Positions 62,351 to 64,000 of a DNA stretch of 64,000 nucleotides are shown piece by piece (within the stretch, counting starts at the first letter, position 1; each line of letters starts with the position of its first letter). The stretch covers positions 12,214,001-12,278,000 of the forward strand of contig OZ365119.1 of assembly GCA_977030845.1 (NCBI GenBank). Direction: 5' to 3'. The notes under the pieces are model-generated. The model did not search any database and was not told the DNA's origin. It saw only the letters and a list, made by a program, of their open reading frames with translations. A program made the position numbers and the translations under genes. This stretch comes from Fimbriosthenelais zetlandica. Lineage: Eukaryota.

Positions 62351-63461
62351 CTGAAAATAGTCAAAAATAATTTGTTAAAATATATTTAGGATATTTATAC
62401 AGCATATTGGCATTCATTAGTATGGTATTCTGCCTATTGCTGATTTTCTAGGTGCAGACTAAGGGGAGGTACATAGAGTGGTTTAGTAGATAGGTTGAGG
62501 TTGTTAGTATTATTAAAGTTTTGAATAGATTAACTGGAATTAAAATAAAAATTAATTAGGGAAACAACTCTGAGCGAATTCAAAACGAATGTAGACCAAC
62601 AGGATTAGATTAAGTGAGCAAGCTTGGGTTAAATCTTGGGCTAAAATCAGTCAGGATTTGCCCTAAATGAGTTAATAATCACATCCACCCCCTCTAAGAA
62701 TTGATCACTAACAAAGGATCGCTGACGTCCCCTTGTAACAAATGATCGTAGATACATGTTTTAGCATGTAAGGCGGGATAAGCTAGCAGGTTCATGTTGA
62801 AGGTAGGAGGTAACATGTTATTACATACATGAAGGATATAGCTTACACTCTACCTGTATAAATCACTATACAGTATATACCTGTACTGGACACCTATATA
62901 CCTGCATATATACCTTATAGTTCTACACCTATATACATGCACACAGCAGGGTAGAGGAGAACAGCTACCAGAATCAAGGAAATATTTTGAAACTTGAATT
63001 ATTTATTTGGAGAGCCAGATCTCACTCAAGAGCTACATAAAACAAAGAGCAACATCGGATAGAGGGAAGCATGGTTCGCTAAGGGAACAGTCTAAACTTG
63101 GTAAGTGTGGATATTAAACATGGAATTGTCGCATGAAATATAAATTTTAAATGATCATTGAACCATGATCCTGGCTATTGTATACCTTTATTTTTGCCAA
63201 CTGCTAGGCACTAAAATTTAAGTTGGAGCTCAGGAGATTTCACTACCTTATTAATATTATATTTTGAATTATTTTTTCCACAAAAATCTTGGGTCATGTT
63301 TAAACTTTCCATTGGCCGAGTGCTTGATATTGACATTAAAGGTGCAAACTAACTTTGAGTCATTTTTCCATAGTTTTCTAAGTGATTTTGTGACTTTTAT
63401 TCAGGTTGTCATTTCTCTGTTTTTTTCAGGTATTTTAGTGTGGTATTGACACGTGGTGAGC

Positions 63462-63636
63462 ATGGCAGAGTCTGTGACGTTACGACACGTTAAGGCACAC
63501 GTACGTGTACGTACGGACGTTAACCAGGCTCCCGTAGAAGACGTAAGGGCTCCACAGCTACAGAGAGCCTGGTCTGAGACTTCCAGCGAGCCTGGCTCAC
63601 CCCAGAGTAACAACTCCCCGCGCGGACCAATCAAAT
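63462..63636 (+). CDS. Probable first coding exon of an unidentified gene continuing beyond the window
   Basis: Strong acceptor TTTTTTCAG at 63429, first ATG in agcATGG context, MAESVTLRHVKAHVRVRTDV...SPRGPIK, donor AAT|GTAAGA at 63636; upstream donor CTTG|GTAAGT at 63100. Confidence 0.55.
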
Positions 63637-63984
63637 GTAAGATAACATCCCACATAACCAATCAAATGTAAGATAACATCCCACATAACCAATCAAATGT
63701 AAGATAACATCCCTCATAACCAATCAAATGTAAGATAACATCCCTCATAACCAATCAAATGTAAGATAACATCCCACATAACCAATCAAATGTAAGATAA
63801 CATCCCTCATAACCAATCAAATGTAAGATAGCATCCCTCATAACCAATCAAATGTAAGATAACATCCCACATAGCCAATCAAATGTAAGATAACATCCCA
63901 CATAGCCAATCAAATGTAAGATAACATCCCTCATAACCAATCAAATGTAAGATAACATCCCTCATAATCAATCAAATGTAAGAT
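63627..63984 (+). repeat. Minisatellite 31 bp x about 11.5 spanning a donor
   Basis: Unit CCAATCAAATGTAAGATAACATCCCACATAA, containing CAAAT|GTAAGA. Confidence 0.95.
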
Positions 63985-64000
63985 CATTAGCAATACATGA

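Overview
Eukaryotic (metazoan, probably lophotrochozoan invertebrate; inference) genomic scaffold with two N gaps, not a prokaryotic locus; no CRISPR, rRNA or intact tRNA seen. Gene models built by hand from GT-AG sites and phase continuity: (1) single-coding-exon class A peptide-type GPCR (+, 13694-15130); (2) a 21-coding-exon SEL1L3 orthologue (-, 27692-15915, about 1080 aa, one exon end hidden in a gap); (3) a three-coding-exon, 13-finger C2H2 protein (+, 28242-32357) head-to-head with SEL1L3 and carrying 26 coding (SPISLP) repeats; (4) a long multi-exon gene apparently joining an N-terminal J-domain to a low-complexity region and two C2HC zinc fingers (+, 35036 to about 57660); (5) the last two exons of an unidentified coiled-coil gene (-, 62350-60633); (6) the probable first coding exon of another gene (+, from 63462). 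Non-coding DNA holds three MITE families with TTA/TAA target sites (PIF/Harbinger-like), a pogo-like MITE, a 0.9-kb TIR element and more than 20 minisatellites. The most unusual observations: several minisatellites are tandem copies of an authentic splice junction (up to about 28 copies of one donor; four in-frame copies of one acceptor), and the J-domain/C2HC protein carries a recurrent Y-[IVT]-P-[KR] motif. All models are unverified by transcripts or database searches.
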